DNA of 64,000 bases from Euglena gracilis (Eukaryota), in contig CP154954.1 of assembly GCA_039621445.1 (NCBI GenBank), positions 992,001 through 1,056,000 on the forward strand, given 5' to 3'. The notes below the pieces were generated by a model that saw nothing but the letters and a program-made list of their open reading frames with translations, was not told where the DNA came from and ran no database searches. The stretch's first letter is position 1; every line of letters begins with the position of its first letter. Positions 1 through 13,996 of the stretch are shown one piece after another. The position numbers and the translations under genes are program-made.

Positions 1-167
1 GACAAGATCATAGCCTCCCACCTATTCTGCGCAAAAAAAGCCCGAAACCAATTTCAGGATACAGTAAAGCTTCATAGGGTCTTTCTGTCCAAGTGCAAGT
101 AGACCGCATCTTCACAGTCAATTCTATTTCACCGAGTCTCTTTCTGAGACAGTGTCCAAATCGTTAA

Positions 168-220
<53 letters not shown>

Positions 221-2142
221 AATTATAGTTATTGCCGCTGTTCACAGGGGCTTCAGTCACTAGCTTTGCTTACGCTAACCAATTTCTTTAACCTTCCTGC
301 ACTGAGCAGGCCTCGGCCCCCATACATCGTTTTTCAACTTCGCGGAGACCTGTGCTTTTGGTAAGCAGTCGCTTGGACCTCTTTTCTGCCACCTCATTAG
401 AGGTACTTCTTCTTCCGAAGTTACGAAGTCATTTTGCCGAGTTCCTTAGAAAGAGTTATCTCGCGCTCCTTAGTATATTCTACTAACCTACCTGTGTCAG
501 TTTACGGTACAGGCGAGCTCACTATACATAAACAAAAGTTTTTCTTGGAAACATGACATCAATCACTTTCAATACCGTAGTATTTATACTATTCAGGCCT
601 TAAGACAAAATATTTTTTTTAATATTTGATACCTCTTGAACCCTTAAACCACAAACCATCACGTGGCCGATCTAGCCTTTTTCGTCACTCCTTACAAGTG
701 AGCATTCGGTACAGGAATATTAACCTGTCATCCATCAATTTACGTTGTTAAACCTTATTTTAGGACCTGACTAACCCTTAGAGGACGAACCTGGCTAAGG
801 AAACCTTAGGTTTTCGGAGCATAGGATTTTCACCAATGTTTTCGTTACTTAAGCCGACATTCTCACTTCTGTTTAATCCAGAACTATTTTCACTATTCCT
901 TCTCTTCAACACAGAACGCTCTTCTACCGATTTCTCTCACACCTTCGGCAAATTACTTAGTCCCGTTCATTTTCGGCGCACTATCACTTGACCAGTAAGC
1001 TATTACGCACTTTTTAAAGGAATGGCTGCTTCTAAGCCAACCTCCTGGTTGTCTATGTAATAGTACATCCTTTACCACTTAGTAATTATTTAGGGGCCTT
1101 AAGTAGTGATCTGGGCTGTTTCCCTCTTGACAATGAAGCTTATCCCCCACTGTCTCACTGATTAATTGAAATATAACTTAGTATTCAGAGTTTGCCACAA
1201 CTTGGTACCATTTTCATAGCCCGCATCGAAACAGTGCTTTACCCCTAATGTTTACCATAATTAAACGCTGCGCCTCAACGCATTTCGAAGAGATCCAGCT
1301 AGCTCCAAGTTCGATTGGAATTTCTCCCCTAATCACAGTTCATCCCCCAATTTTTCAACATTGGTGGGTTCGGTCCTCCATTCTGTTTTACCAAAACTTC
1401 AACCTGACCATGATTAGATCACCTGGGTTCGGGTCTATAAGCAATGACATAAACTTTCAAGAAGAAAGTTTTTCGCTTTATTTAAGCTCGATTTCACTAT
1501 GGCTCCGGAAAAACCTTAACCTTGCCATCACCTATAAGTCGCCGGCTCATTCTTCAACAGGCACACAGTCAATCTTTAAATAGATCTCCTACTGCTTGTA
1601 AACTTATGCTTTCATATTCTATTTCACTCACTTCTCAGTGTTCTATTTCAGCTTTCCCTCACGGTACTCGTACACTATCGGTCATTTAGGAGTATTTAGC
1701 CTTACGAGATGGTCCTCGCTGATTCACACAGAATTCCACGTGCTCTATGCTACTCGGGAAAATCAAAAATTACTTTTTAAAAACAAATACGGGATTTAAA
1801 ACCCTCTTTGATTTTGTTTTCAACAAATTCTCTATCTTTTTCAGTAATTATAATATACCCACAACACCCATAAAGGTTTAGGCTGATTTCCGTTAGCTCG
1901 CCACTAATAAGAAAATCGCTTTTGCTTTCTTTTCCTTCGGCTACTAAGATGTTTCAGTTCACCAAGTTCTCTACATTATTTGTATACCATTTCATTGTAA
2001 TGTTAAAGTAATAGGTTGCCCCATTCGGGAATCTTTAGATTAAAGCTCGTCTTTAGCTCCCTAAAGCATATCGTTAATTTCTACGCCCTTCTTCGACTCT
2101 AAATGCCAAGCAATCCCGCATAAGCCCTTGTTCATTTGAACC
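1..2142 (-). rRNA. rrl: 23S rRNA, repeat 1 (3' part lies outside the window)
   Basis: Reverse complement of conserved LSU motifs (e.g. cggaacttacccgacaaggaatttcgctacc); 5' end GGTTCAAATGAACAAGGGC at 2142. Confidence 0.97.
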
Positions 2143-2158
2143 TACATCAAAACCTTTT

Positions 2159-2231
2159 TGGAGATAAGCGGACTCGAACCGCTGACATCTGCCTTGCAAA
2201 GGCAGCGCTCTACCAACTGAGCTATACCCCC
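2159..2231 (-). tRNA. trnA: tRNA-Ala(UGC), no intron
   Basis: GGGGGTATAGCTCAGTTGGTAGAGCGCTGCCTTTGCAAGGCAG...TTCGAGTCC...CTCCA; folds as a cloverleaf; lies in the 16S-23S spacer. Confidence 0.96.
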
Positions 2232-2240
2232 AAAACCAAG

Positions 2241-2314
2241 AGGGCCATGCTAGACTTGAACTAGCGACCTTACCCTTATCAAGGGTATGCTCTAACCAAC
2301 TGAGCTAATAGCCC
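2241..2314 (-). tRNA. trnI: tRNA-Ile(GAU), no intron
   Basis: GGGCTATTAGCTCAGTTGGTTAGAGCATACCCTTGATAAGGGT...; anticodon GAT; lies in the 16S-23S spacer. Confidence 0.96.
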
Positions 2315-2396
2315 TCTTGGAAAAATAAGAGGTTTCCCTACTTATTTTTTTTATTTTTCATTGTTTCCAATCTATACATTTTTTAGTTAAAAAACT

Positions 2397-2518
2397 AAAG
2401 GGAGTTGTTCCAGCCACACCTTCCAGTACGGCTACCTTGTTACGACTTCACCCCAGTCACCAGCCAGGCCTTAGGTATTTCCCTCTTTTCAGGCAAGATA
2501 ATAACTTCGGGCACAGCC

Positions 2519-2556
<38 letters not shown>

Positions 2557-2812
2557 AGAACGTATTCACCGCCGTATAGCTGACCGGCGATTACTAGCGA
2601 TTCCGGCTTCATGTAGGCGAGTTTCAGCCTACAATCCGAACTTAGGCTAAGTTTTAAGATTAGCTCATTTTCACAAAATTGCAACTTATTGTCTTAACCA
2701 TTGTAGCACGTGTGTAGCCCAGGATATAAGGGGCATGATGACTTGACGTCGTCCTCACCTTCCTCCGGTAATAACCAGCAGTATTTCTAAATGACAAGCG
2801 TTAATTAAAAAA

Positions 2813-2877
<65 letters not shown>

Positions 2878-2945
2878 CCACCTGTGTCTAGATACCCGAA
2901 GGTACTGCGTTCTTTCAAACTTCCTCCTAGATCCTGTCAAATCCT

Positions 2946-3026
<81 letters not shown>

Positions 3027-3119
3027 CTTGTGCAAGCGTACTCCCCAGGCGGGATACTTAACGTGTTAACTACAGCAGTGCACTTTCAGCACCACTTAGT
3101 ATCCATAGTTTACGGCCAA

Positions 3120-3151
<32 letters not shown>

Positions 3152-3895
3152 TCAGCTTTCGTTTCTCAGCGTCAGTATTGGCCTAGAAAAGTGCCTTCGC
3201 CATTGGTGTTCTTTCCAATCTCTACGCATTTCACCGCTACACTGGAAATTCCCTTCACCCCTACCATACTCAAGTCTAGCAGTTTTTAATGCCCTTCCAA
3301 AGTTAAGCTTTGACTTTTAACATTAAACACACTTGACCGCCTACAAACTCTTTACGCCCAATAATTCCGGATAACGCTCGCATCTCCCGTATTACCGCGG
3401 CTGCTGGCACGGAATTAGCCGATGCTTATTCCTCAAATACCGTCATTTCTTCTTCTTTGAGAAAAGAAGTTTACAACCCAAAGGCCGTCTTCCTTCACGC
3501 GGTATTGCTCCGTCAGGCTTGCGCCCATTGCGGAAAATTCCTCACTGCTGCCTTCCGTAGAAGTCTGTTCCGTTCTCAATCCCAGTGTGGCTGATCATCC
3601 TCTCAAATCAGCTACTGATCGTCGCCTTGGTAAGCCTTTACCTCACCAACAAGCTAATCAGATGCAAGCTCATGCCTAGGCGAAATTCTCTTTAACTAGC
3701 TACTCACATAGATCTAGTAAATTATGAGGCATTAGCAAACGTTTCCATCTGTTATTCCTCGCCCAAGCGCAGATTCTTACATATTACTCACCCGTCCGCC
3801 ACTAAATTACTATTGCTAGTAATTTCGTTCAACTTGCATGTGTTAAGCATACCGCCAGCGTTCACCCTGAGCAAGGATCAAACTCGTCATTTCCA
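2397..3895 (-). rRNA. rrs: 16S rRNA, repeat 1
   Basis: Universal SSU motifs on the minus strand (GAGTTTGATCCT, GTGCCAGCAGCCGCGGTAA, AAGTCGTAACAAGGTAGC). Confidence 0.98.
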
Positions 3896-3974
3896 AAACA
3901 TCAAAGTTGGTCAAATCCTCTCACCCTCTTGGTGACCAAGCAAGGGGCACATTTACTATAATGTGTACACTAAA

Positions 3975-4030
3975 AGCGCGCTTTGTAGGATTCGAACCTA
4001 CTACATCAGGTTTTGGAGACCTACGCCTTA
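3975..4030 (-). pseudogene. trnW: pseudo-tRNA-Trp(CCA) in the rRNA leader; only the anticodon arm, T arm and 3' acceptor strand remain
   Basis: GTAGGTCTCCAAAACCTGATGTAGTAGGTTCGAATCCTACAAAGCGCGC; no D arm or 5' acceptor strand. Confidence 0.85.
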
Positions 4031-4050
4031 GGATTTTAAAGAAAAGAAAT

Positions 4051-4235
4051 ATTTGGCTAATACAAGGATTCAATCCACGACCCTACCCTTATCAAAGGTA
4101 TTCTATAATAATAAAAGATAATAGTGATCTTTGAAAAATAAAAAATTTTCCTTTTGATTTTTTTATTTTTTAAAATTTATACGGTATTTTAATTAAAAAT
4201 AAAAAAATTGTCCCAGCCACACGTTAAAGTACGGA
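4051..4235 (-). pseudogene. decayed duplicate of trnI, the spacer and the 16S 3' end in the rRNA leader (pseudo-trnI)
   Basis: cgaccctacccttatcaaaggtat matches trnI cgaccttacccttatcaagggtat; tcccagccacacgttaaagtacgg matches 16S ttccagccacaccttccagtacgg. Confidence 0.8.
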
Positions 4236-4978
4236 AAAATTTACACTAGGAATTAAGCTAAGTTATTTCTTGTGAATGAAAAGAATTCACAAGATCAGGG
4301 GTAAAAGCATAACACCTAAACTGTGCGCATGAGCATTTACGTATGAAAGTCTAGGAACCTTACCTTAATATTTTTCAATATCACAAAATATAGGGTACTC
4401 AGCAGCAATATAAGAAGTATAAAGACATTTTGGTCTCTTGTAGCATTTTATAAATATTCGTCCAAATCGACAATGAACGACACGCTTCTTACTAGCAAAA
4501 GATTTACAACTAAAAAGCACACACATAACACAAAGAACCAAATACAAAGTAGCAATAACTATAATGTACAACAAAATAAAACTCTTATCAGAAGATTACC
4601 TAATATTCTCACTATGATTCAACCTATCTTGTTGAATTTTGTGATTAATCTTTTATATTAGCGAAGAAACATAGTCATTTTCCAAACACTCGAGGATATT
4701 ATTCATATCGTTTAAAATTTTAAAAGAAAAATATTACGAAATTCACTGATTTCTATAAACAGATTGTCTTATTTTTCCGAAGCATCATGTTTTGGCCAAA
4801 AAAAATTCAAACTTAAAGGAAACGTGGTTTGACAAATTCCTTGGTTTAATTATACCACAATACATTTATCCATGCAATAAAACACTAACGTAACGGCAGT
4901 CATAAAAATTACTCGAAAATCGAGTTAATATTAATAAATAAACTCACTAAGAGACAATTAAATAAATTAAACTTCCCA

Positions 4979-5095
4979 TAAGGGCACTAAAATCTTTTCC
5001 CGGAAAGTAACCTTTCAAGTATCTATTTACCCTTTATGTTTAACTTGCAAGTTCGAAATGTTTTAAGTGGATCCATAAAGACAAGAGCACCCTAA
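4979..5095 (-). rRNA. rrf: 5S rRNA (AT-rich), repeat 2
   Basis: ~117 nt with a terminal stem AGGGTGCT/AGTGCCCT and ATTTCGAAC...GTTAA motifs, directly downstream of 23S. Confidence 0.85.
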
Positions 5096-5169
5096 AATAA
5101 AAGTTCATTCAAGAAACTTTTAAATCTTAAAAAAGTGACAAGTAAAAATAAATGTTTTGTTTTCATATA

Positions 5170-5485
5170 GGAAAAAATTTTCGGTCGGTTAGTATATCTC
5201 GGCTAAAATTGTTACCAATTGTACACCTAATACCTATCAAACGGTTCGTCTTACCGTGACCTATGAAGAGTACTTATCTTAAGGTGGGCTTCCTACTTAT
5301 ATGCTTTCAGCAGTTATCCACTCCGCACTTGACTACCCAGCGTATTCTGTTGGCACAAAAACTGGTACATCAGTGGTGCGTCCTTCCCGGTCCTCTCGTA
5401 CTAAGGAAAGCGCCTTTCAATACTCTAACGCTCACACCGGATATGGACCGAACTGTCTCTCGACGTTCTGAACCCAGCTCACGTA

Positions 5486-5520
<35 letters not shown>

Positions 5521-5537
5521 GTACTACCGCCCCAGGT

Positions 5538-5597
<60 letters not shown>

Positions 5598-6085
5598 CAG
5601 CCTGTTATCCCTAGAGTAACTTTTATCTGTTTACGACGGCCTTTCCATACAGCACCGTCGGGTCACTAAGACCGACTTTAGTCTCTGTTTGACTTATAAG
5701 TCTCACAGTCAAGCTTTCTTATGCCTTTACACTCCACAACTAATTTCCGTCTAGCCTGAGAAAACCTTTGTACGCCTCCGTTACTTTTTAGGAGGCTACC
5801 GCCCCAGTAAAACTGCCCACCTGAAACTGTCAATTATCATGATTGTACATAAGATTAAGATTAGATTTCTAGCTTTCTCAGAGTGGTATCTCATTTTTCG
5901 GCTCCCCGTATCCCAAAAGACAAGATCATAGCCTCCCACCTATTCTGCGCAAAAAAAGCCCGAAACCAATTTCAGGATACAGTAAAGCTTCATAGGGTCT
6001 TTCTGTCCAAGTGCAAGTAGACCGCATCTTCACAGTCAATTCTATTTCACCGAGTCTCTTTCTGAGACAGTGTCCAAATCGTTAA

Positions 6086-6138
<53 letters not shown>

Positions 6139-8060
6139 AATTATAGTTATTGCCGCTGTTCACAGGGGCTTCAGTCACTAGCTTTGCTTACGCTAACCAA
6201 TTTCTTTAACCTTCCTGCACTGAGCAGGCCTCGGCCCCCATACATCGTTTTTCAACTTCGCGGAGACCTGTGCTTTTGGTAAGCAGTCGCTTGGACCTCT
6301 TTTCTGCCACCTCATTAGAGGTACTTCTTCTTCCGAAGTTACGAAGTCATTTTGCCGAGTTCCTTAGAAAGAGTTATCTCGCGCTCCTTAGTATATTCTA
6401 CTAACCTACCTGTGTCAGTTTACGGTACAGGCGAGCTCACTATACATAAACAAAAGTTTTTCTTGGAAACATGACATCAATCACTTTCAATACCGTAGTA
6501 TTTATACTATTCAGGCCTTAAGACAAAATATTTTTTTTAATATTTGATACCTCTTGAACCCTTAAACCACAAACCATCACGTGGCCGATCTAGCCTTTTT
6601 CGTCACTCCTTACAAGTGAGCATTCGGTACAGGAATATTAACCTGTCATCCATCAATTTACGTTGTTAAACCTTATTTTAGGACCTGACTAACCCTTAGA
6701 GGACGAACCTGGCTAAGGAAACCTTAGGTTTTCGGAGCATAGGATTTTCACCAATGTTTTCGTTACTTAAGCCGACATTCTCACTTCTGTTTAATCCAGA
6801 ACTATTTTCACTATTCCTTCTCTTCAACACAGAACGCTCTTCTACCGATTTCTCTCACACCTTCGGCAAATTACTTAGTCCCGTTCATTTTCGGCGCACT
6901 ATCACTTGACCAGTAAGCTATTACGCACTTTTTAAAGGAATGGCTGCTTCTAAGCCAACCTCCTGGTTGTCTATGTAATAGTACATCCTTTACCACTTAG
7001 TAATTATTTAGGGGCCTTAAGTAGTGATCTGGGCTGCTTCCCTCTTGACAATGAAGCTTATCCCCCACTGTCTCACTGATTAATTGAAATATAACTTAGT
7101 ATTCAGAGTTTGCCACAACTTGGTACCATTTTCATAGCCCGCATCGAAACAGTGCTTTACCCCTAATGTTTACCATAATTAAACGCTGCGCCTCAACGCA
7201 TTTCGAAGAGATCCAGCTAGCTCCAAGTTCGATTGGAATTTCTCCCCTAATCACAGTTCATCCCCCAATTTTTCAACATTGGTGGGTTCGGTCCTCCATT
7301 CTGTTTTACCAAAACTTCAACCTGACCATGATTAGATCACCTGGGTTCGGGTCTATAAGCAATGACATAAACTTTCAAGAAGAAAGTTTTTCGCTTTATT
7401 TAAGCTCGATTTCACTATGGCTCCGGAAAAACCTTAACCTTGCCATCACCTATAAGTCGCCGGCTCATTCTTCAACAGGCACACAGTCAATCTTTAAATA
7501 GATCTCCTACTGCTTGTAAACTTATGCTTTCATATTCTATTTCACTCACTTCTCAGTGTTCTATTTCAGCTTTCCCTCACGGTACTCGTACACTATCGGT
7601 CATTTAGGAGTATTTAGCCTTACGAGATGGTCCTCGCTGATTCACACAGAATTCCACGTGCTCTATGCTACTCGGGAAAATCAAAAATTACTTTTTAAAA
7701 ACAAATACGGGATTTAAAACCCTCTTTGATTTTGTTTTCAACAAATTCTCTATCTTTTTCAGTAATTATAATATACCCACAACACCCATAAAGGTTTAGG
7801 CTGATTTCCGTTAGCTCGCCACTAATAAGAAAATCGCTTTTGCTTTCTTTTCCTTCGGCTACTAAGATGTTTCAGTTCACCAAGTTCTCTACATTATTTG
7901 TATACCATTTCATTGTAATGTTAAAGTAATAGGTTGCCCCATTCGGGAATCTTTAGATTAAAGCTCGTCTTTAGCTCCCTAAAGCATATCGTTAATTTCT
8001 ACGCCCTTCTTCGACTCTAAATGCCAAGCAATCCCGCATAAGCCCTTGTTCATTTGAACC
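5170..8060 (-). rRNA. rrl: 23S rRNA, repeat 2 (full length)
   Basis: Peptidyl-transferase motifs present; same sequence as repeat 1 at offset 5918. Confidence 0.97.
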
Positions 8061-8076
8061 TACATCAAAACCTTTT

Positions 8077-8149
8077 TGGAGATAAGCGGACTCGAACCGC
8101 TGACATCTGCCTTGCAAAGGCAGCGCTCTACCAACTGAGCTATACCCCC
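8077..8149 (-). tRNA. trnA: tRNA-Ala(UGC)
   Basis: Same sequence as 2159-2231. Confidence 0.96.
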
Positions 8150-8158
8150 AAAACCAAG

Positions 8159-8232
8159 AGGGCCATGCTAGACTTGAACTAGCGACCTTACCCTTATCAA
8201 GGGTATGCTCTAACCAACTGAGCTAATAGCCC
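8159..8232 (-). tRNA. trnI: tRNA-Ile(GAU)
   Basis: Same sequence as 2241-2314. Confidence 0.96.
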
Positions 8233-8315
8233 TCTTGGAAAAATAAGAGGTTTCCCTACTTATTTTTTTTATTTTTCATTGTTTCCAATCTATACATTTT
8301 TTTAGTTAAAAAACT

Positions 8316-8437
8316 AAAGGGAGTTGTTCCAGCCACACCTTCCAGTACGGCTACCTTGTTACGACTTCACCCCAGTCACCAGCCAGGCCTTAGGTATTTC
8401 CCTCTTTTCAGGCAAGATAATAACTTCGGGCACAGCC

Positions 8438-8475
<38 letters not shown>

Positions 8476-8731
8476 AGAACGTATTCACCGCCGTATAGCT
8501 GACCGGCGATTACTAGCGATTCCGGCTTCATGTAGGCGAGTTTCAGCCTACAATCCGAACTTAGGCTAAGTTTTAAGATTAGCTCATTTTCACAAAATTG
8601 CAACTTATTGTCTTAACCATTGTAGCACGTGTGTAGCCCAGGATATAAGGGGCATGATGACTTGACGTCGTCCTCACCTTCCTCCGGTAATAACCAGCAG
8701 TATTTCTAAATGACAAGCGTTAATTAAAAAA

Positions 8732-8796
<65 letters not shown>

Positions 8797-8864
8797 CCAC
8801 CTGTGTCTAGATACCCGAAGGTACTGCGTTCTTTCAAACTTCCTCCTAGATCCTGTCAAATCCT

Positions 8865-8945
<81 letters not shown>

Positions 8946-9038
8946 CTTGTGCAAGCGTACTCCCCAGGCGGGATACTTAACGTGTTAACTACAGCAGTGC
9001 ACTTTCAGCACCACTTAGTATCCATAGTTTACGGCCAA

Positions 9039-9070
<32 letters not shown>

Positions 9071-9814
9071 TCAGCTTTCGTTTCTCAGCGTCAGTATTGG
9101 CCTAGAAAAGTGCCTTCGCCATTGGTGTTCTTTCCAATCTCTACGCATTTCACCGCTACACTGGAAATTCCCTTCACCCCTACCATACTCAAGTCTAGCA
9201 GTTTTTAATGCCCTTCCAAAGTTAAGCTTTGACTTTTAACATTAAACACACTTGACCGCCTACAAACTCTTTACGCCCAATAATTCCGGATAACGCTCGC
9301 ATCTCCCGTATTACCGCGGCTGCTGGCACGGAATTAGCCGATGCTTATTCCTCAAATACCGTCATTTCTTCTTCTTTGAGAAAAGAAGTTTACAACCCAA
9401 AGGCCGTCTTCCTTCACGCGGTATTGCTCCGTCAGGCTTGCGCCCATTGCGGAAAATTCCTCACTGCTGCCTTCCGTAGAAGTCTGTTCCGTTCTCAATC
9501 CCAGTGTGGCTGATCATCCTCTCAAATCAGCTACTGATCGTCGCCTTGGTAAGCCTTTACCTCACCAACAAGCTAATCAGATGCAAGCTCATGCCTAGGC
9601 GAAATTCTCTTTAACTAGCTACTCACATAGATCTAGTAAATTATGAGGCATTAGCAAACGTTTCCATCTGTTATTCCTCACCCAAGCGCAGATTCTTACA
9701 TATTACTCACCCGTCCGCCACTAAATTACTATTGCTAGTAATTTCGTTCAACTTGCATGTGTTAAGCATACCGCCAGCGTTCACCCTGAGCAAGGATCAA
9801 ACTCGTCATTTCCA
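8316..9814 (-). rRNA. rrs: 16S rRNA, repeat 2
   Basis: Near-identical to repeat 1. Confidence 0.98.
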
Positions 9815-9893
9815 AAACATCAAAGTTGGTCAAATCCTCTCACCCTCTTGGTGACCAAGCAAGGGGCACATTTACTATAATGTGCCCACTAAA

Positions 9894-10154
9894 AGCGCGC
9901 TTTGTAGGATTCGAACCTACTACATCAGGTTTTGGAGACCTACGCCTTAGGATTTTAAAGAAAAGAAATATTTGGCTAATACAAGGATTCAATCCACGAC
10001 CCTACCCTTATCAAAGGTATTCTATAATAATAAAAGATAATAGTGATCTTTGAAAAATAAAAAATTTTCCTTTTGATTTTTTTATTTTTTAAAATTTATA
10101 CGGTATTTTAATTAAAAATAAAAAAATTGTCCCAGCCACACGTTAAAGTACGGA
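9894..10154 (-). pseudogene. pseudo-trnW (9894-9949) and pseudo-trnI/16S-3' remnant in the rRNA leader
   Basis: Copy of 3975-4235 at offset 5919. Confidence 0.8.
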
Positions 10155-10898
10155 AAAATTTACACTAGGAATTAAGCTAAGTTATTTCTTGTGAATGAAA
10201 AGAATTCACAAGATCAGGGATAAAAGCATAACACCTAAACTGTGCGCATGAGCATTTACGTATGAAAGTCTAGGAACCTTACCTTAATATTTTTCAATAT
10301 CACAAAATATAGGGTACTCAGCAGCAATATAAGAAGTATAAAGACATTTTGGTCTCTTGTAGCATTTTATAAATATTCGTCCAAATCGACAATGAACGAC
10401 ACGCTTCTTACTAGCAAAAAATTTACAACTAAAAAGCACACACATAACACAAAGAACCAAATACAAAGTAGCAATAACTATAATGTACAACAAAATAAAA
10501 CTCTTATCAGAAGATTACCTAATATTCTCACTATGATTCAACCTATCTTGTTGAATTTTGTGATTAATCTTTTATATTAGCGAAGAAACATAGTCATTTT
10601 CCAAACACTCGAGGATATTATTCATATCGTTTAAAATTTTAAAAGAAAAATATTACGAAATTCACTGATTTCTATAAACAGATTGTCTTATTTTTTCGGA
10701 AGCATCATGTTTTGGCCAAAAAAAATTCAAACTTAAAGGAAACGTGGTTTGACAAATTCCTTGGTTTAATTATACCACAATACATTTATCCATGCAATAA
10801 AACACTAACGTAACGGCAGTCATAAAAATTACTCGAAAATCGAGTTAATATTAATAAATAAACTCACTAAGAGACAATTAAATAAATTAAACTTCCCA

Positions 10899-11015
10899 TA
10901 AGGGCACTAAAATCTTTTCCCGGAAAGTAACCTTTCAAGTATCTATTTACCCTTTATGTTTAACTTGCAAGTTCGAAATGTTTTAAGTGGATCCATAAAG
11001 ACAAGAGCACCCTAA
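10899..11015 (-). rRNA. rrf: 5S rRNA, repeat 3
   Basis: Same sequence as 4979-5095. Confidence 0.85.
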
Positions 11016-11089
11016 AATAAAAGTTCATTCAAGAAACTTTTAAATCTTAAAAAAGTGACAAGTAAAAATAAATGTTTTGTTTTCATATA

Positions 11090-11405
11090 GGAAAAAATTT
11101 TCGGTCGGTTAGTATATCTCGGCTAAAATTGTTACCAATTGTACACCTAATACCTATCAAACGGTTCGTCTTACCGTGACCTATGAAGAGTACTTATCTT
11201 AAGGTGGGCTTCCTACTTATATGCTTTCAGCAGTTATCCACTCCGCACTTGACTACCCAGCGTATTCTGTTGGCACAAAAACTGGTACATCAGTGGTGCG
11301 TCCTTCCCGGTCCTCTCGTACTAAGGAAAGCGCCTTTCAATACTCTAACGCTCACACCGGATATGGACCGAACTGTCTCTCGACGTTCTGAACCCAGCTC
11401 ACGTA

Positions 11406-11440
<35 letters not shown>

Positions 11441-11457
11441 GTACTACCGCCCCAGGT

Positions 11458-11517
<60 letters not shown>

Positions 11518-12005
11518 CAGCCTGTTATCCCTAGAGTAACTTTTATCTGTTTACGACGGCCTTTCCATACAGCACCGTCGGGTCACTAAGACCGACTTTA
11601 GTCTCTGTTTGACTTATAAGTCTCACAGTCAAGCTTTCTTATGCCTTTACACTCCACAACTAATTTCCGTCTAGCCTGAGAAAACCTTTGTACGCCTCCG
11701 TTACTTTTTAGGAGGCTACCGCCCCAGTAAAACTGCCCGCCTGAAACTGTCAATTATCATGATTGTACATAAGATTAAGATTAGATTTCTAGCTTTCTCA
11801 GAGTGGTATCTCATTTTTCGGCTCCCCGTATCCCAAAAGACAAGATCATAGCCTCCCACCTATTCTGCGCAAAAAAAGCCCGAAACCAATTTCAGGATAC
11901 AGTAAAGCTTCATAGGGTCTTTCTGTCCAAGTGCAAGTAGACCGCATCTTCACAGTCAATTCTATTTCACCGAGTCTCTTTCTGAGACAGTGTCCAAATC
12001 GTTAA

Positions 12006-12058
<53 letters not shown>

Positions 12059-13980
12059 AATTATAGTTATTGCCGCTGTTCACAGGGGCTTCAGTCACTA
12101 GCTTTGCTTACGCTAACCAATTTCTTTAACCTTCCTGCACTGAGCAGGCCTCGGCCCCCATACATGGTTTTTCAACTTCGCGGAGACCTGTGCTTTTGGT
12201 AAGCAGTCGCTTGGACCTCTTTTCTGCCACCTCATTAGAGGTACTTCTTCTTCCGAAGTTACGAAGTCATTTTGCCGAGTTCCTTAGAAAGAGTTATCTC
12301 GCGCTCCTTAGTATATTCTACTAACCTACCTGTGTCAGTTTACGGTACAGGCGAGCTCACTATACATAAACAAAAGTTTTTCTTGGAAACATGACATCAA
12401 TCACTTTCAATACCGTAGTATTTATACTATTCAGGCCTTAAGACAAAATATTTTTTTTAATATTTGATACCTCTTGAACCCTTAAACCACAAACCATCAC
12501 GTGGCCGATCTAGCCTTTTTCGTCACTCCTTACAAGTGAGCATTCGGTACAGGAATATTAACCTGTCATCCATCAATTTACGTTGTTAAACCTTATTTTA
12601 GGACCTGACTAACCCTTAGAGGACGAACCTGGCTAAGGAAACCTTAGGTTTTCGGAGCATAGGATTTTCACCAATGTTTTCGTTACTTAAGCCGACATTC
12701 TCACTTCTGTTTAATCCAGAACTATTTTCACTATTCCTTCTCTTCAACACAGAACGCTCTTCTACCGATTTCTCTCACACCTTCGGCAAATTACTTAGTC
12801 CCGTTCATTTTCGGCGCACTATCACTTGACCAGTAAGCTATTACGCACTTTTTAAAGGAATGGCTGCTTCTAAGCCAACCTCCTGGTTGTCTATGTAATA
12901 GTACATCCTTTACCACTTAGTAATTATTTAGGGGCCTTAAGTAGTGATCTGGGCTGTTTCCCTCTTGACAATGAAGCTTATCCCCCACTGTCTCACTGAT
13001 TAATTGAAATATAACTTAGTATTCAGAGTTTGCCACAACTTGGTACCATTTTCATAGCCCGCATCGAAACAGTGCTTTACCCCTAATGTTTACCATAATT
13101 AAACGCTGCGCCTCAACGCATTTCGAAGAGATCCAGCTAGCTCCAAGTTCGATTGGAATTTCTCCCCTAATCACAGTTCATCCCCCAATTTTTCAACATT
13201 GGTGGGTTCGGTCCTCCATTCTGTTTTACCAAAACTTCAACCTGACCATGATTAGATCACCTGGGTTCGGGTCTATAAGCAATGACATAAACTTTCAAGA
13301 AGAAAGTTTTTCGCTTTATTTAAGCTCGATTTCACTATGGCTCCGGAAAAACCTTAACCTTGCCATCACCTATAAGTCGCCGGCTCATTCTTCAACAGGC
13401 ACACAGTCAATCTTTAAATAGATCTCCTACTGCTTGTAAACTTATGCTTTCATATTCTATTTCACTCACTTCTCAGTGTTCTATTTCAGCTTTCCCTCAC
13501 GGTACTCGTACACTATCGGTCATTTAGGAGTATTTAGCCTTACGAGATGGTCCTCGCTGATTCACACAGAATTCCACGTGCTCTATGCTACTCGGGAAAA
13601 TCAAAAATTACTTTTTAAAAACAAATACGGGATTTAAAACCCTCTTTGATTTTGTTTTCAACAAATTCTCTATCTTTTTCAGTAATTATAATATACCCAC
13701 AACACCCATAAAGGTTTAGGCTGATTTCCGTTAGCTCGCCACTAATAAGAAAATCGCTTTTGCTTTCTTTTCCTTCGGCTACTAAGATGTTTCAGTTCAC
13801 CAAGTTCTCTACATTATTTGTATACCATTTCATTGTAATGTTAAAGTAATAGGTTGCCCCATTCGGGAATCTTTAGATTAAAGCTCGTCTTTAGCTCCCT
13901 AAAGCATATCGTTAATTTCTACGCCCTTCTTCGACTCTAAATGCCAAGCAATCCCGCATAAGCCCTTGTTCATTTGAACC
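11090..13980 (-). rRNA. rrl: 23S rRNA, repeat 3
   Basis: Near-identical to repeat 2 at offset 5920. Confidence 0.97.
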
Positions 13981-13996
13981 TACATCAAAACCTTTT

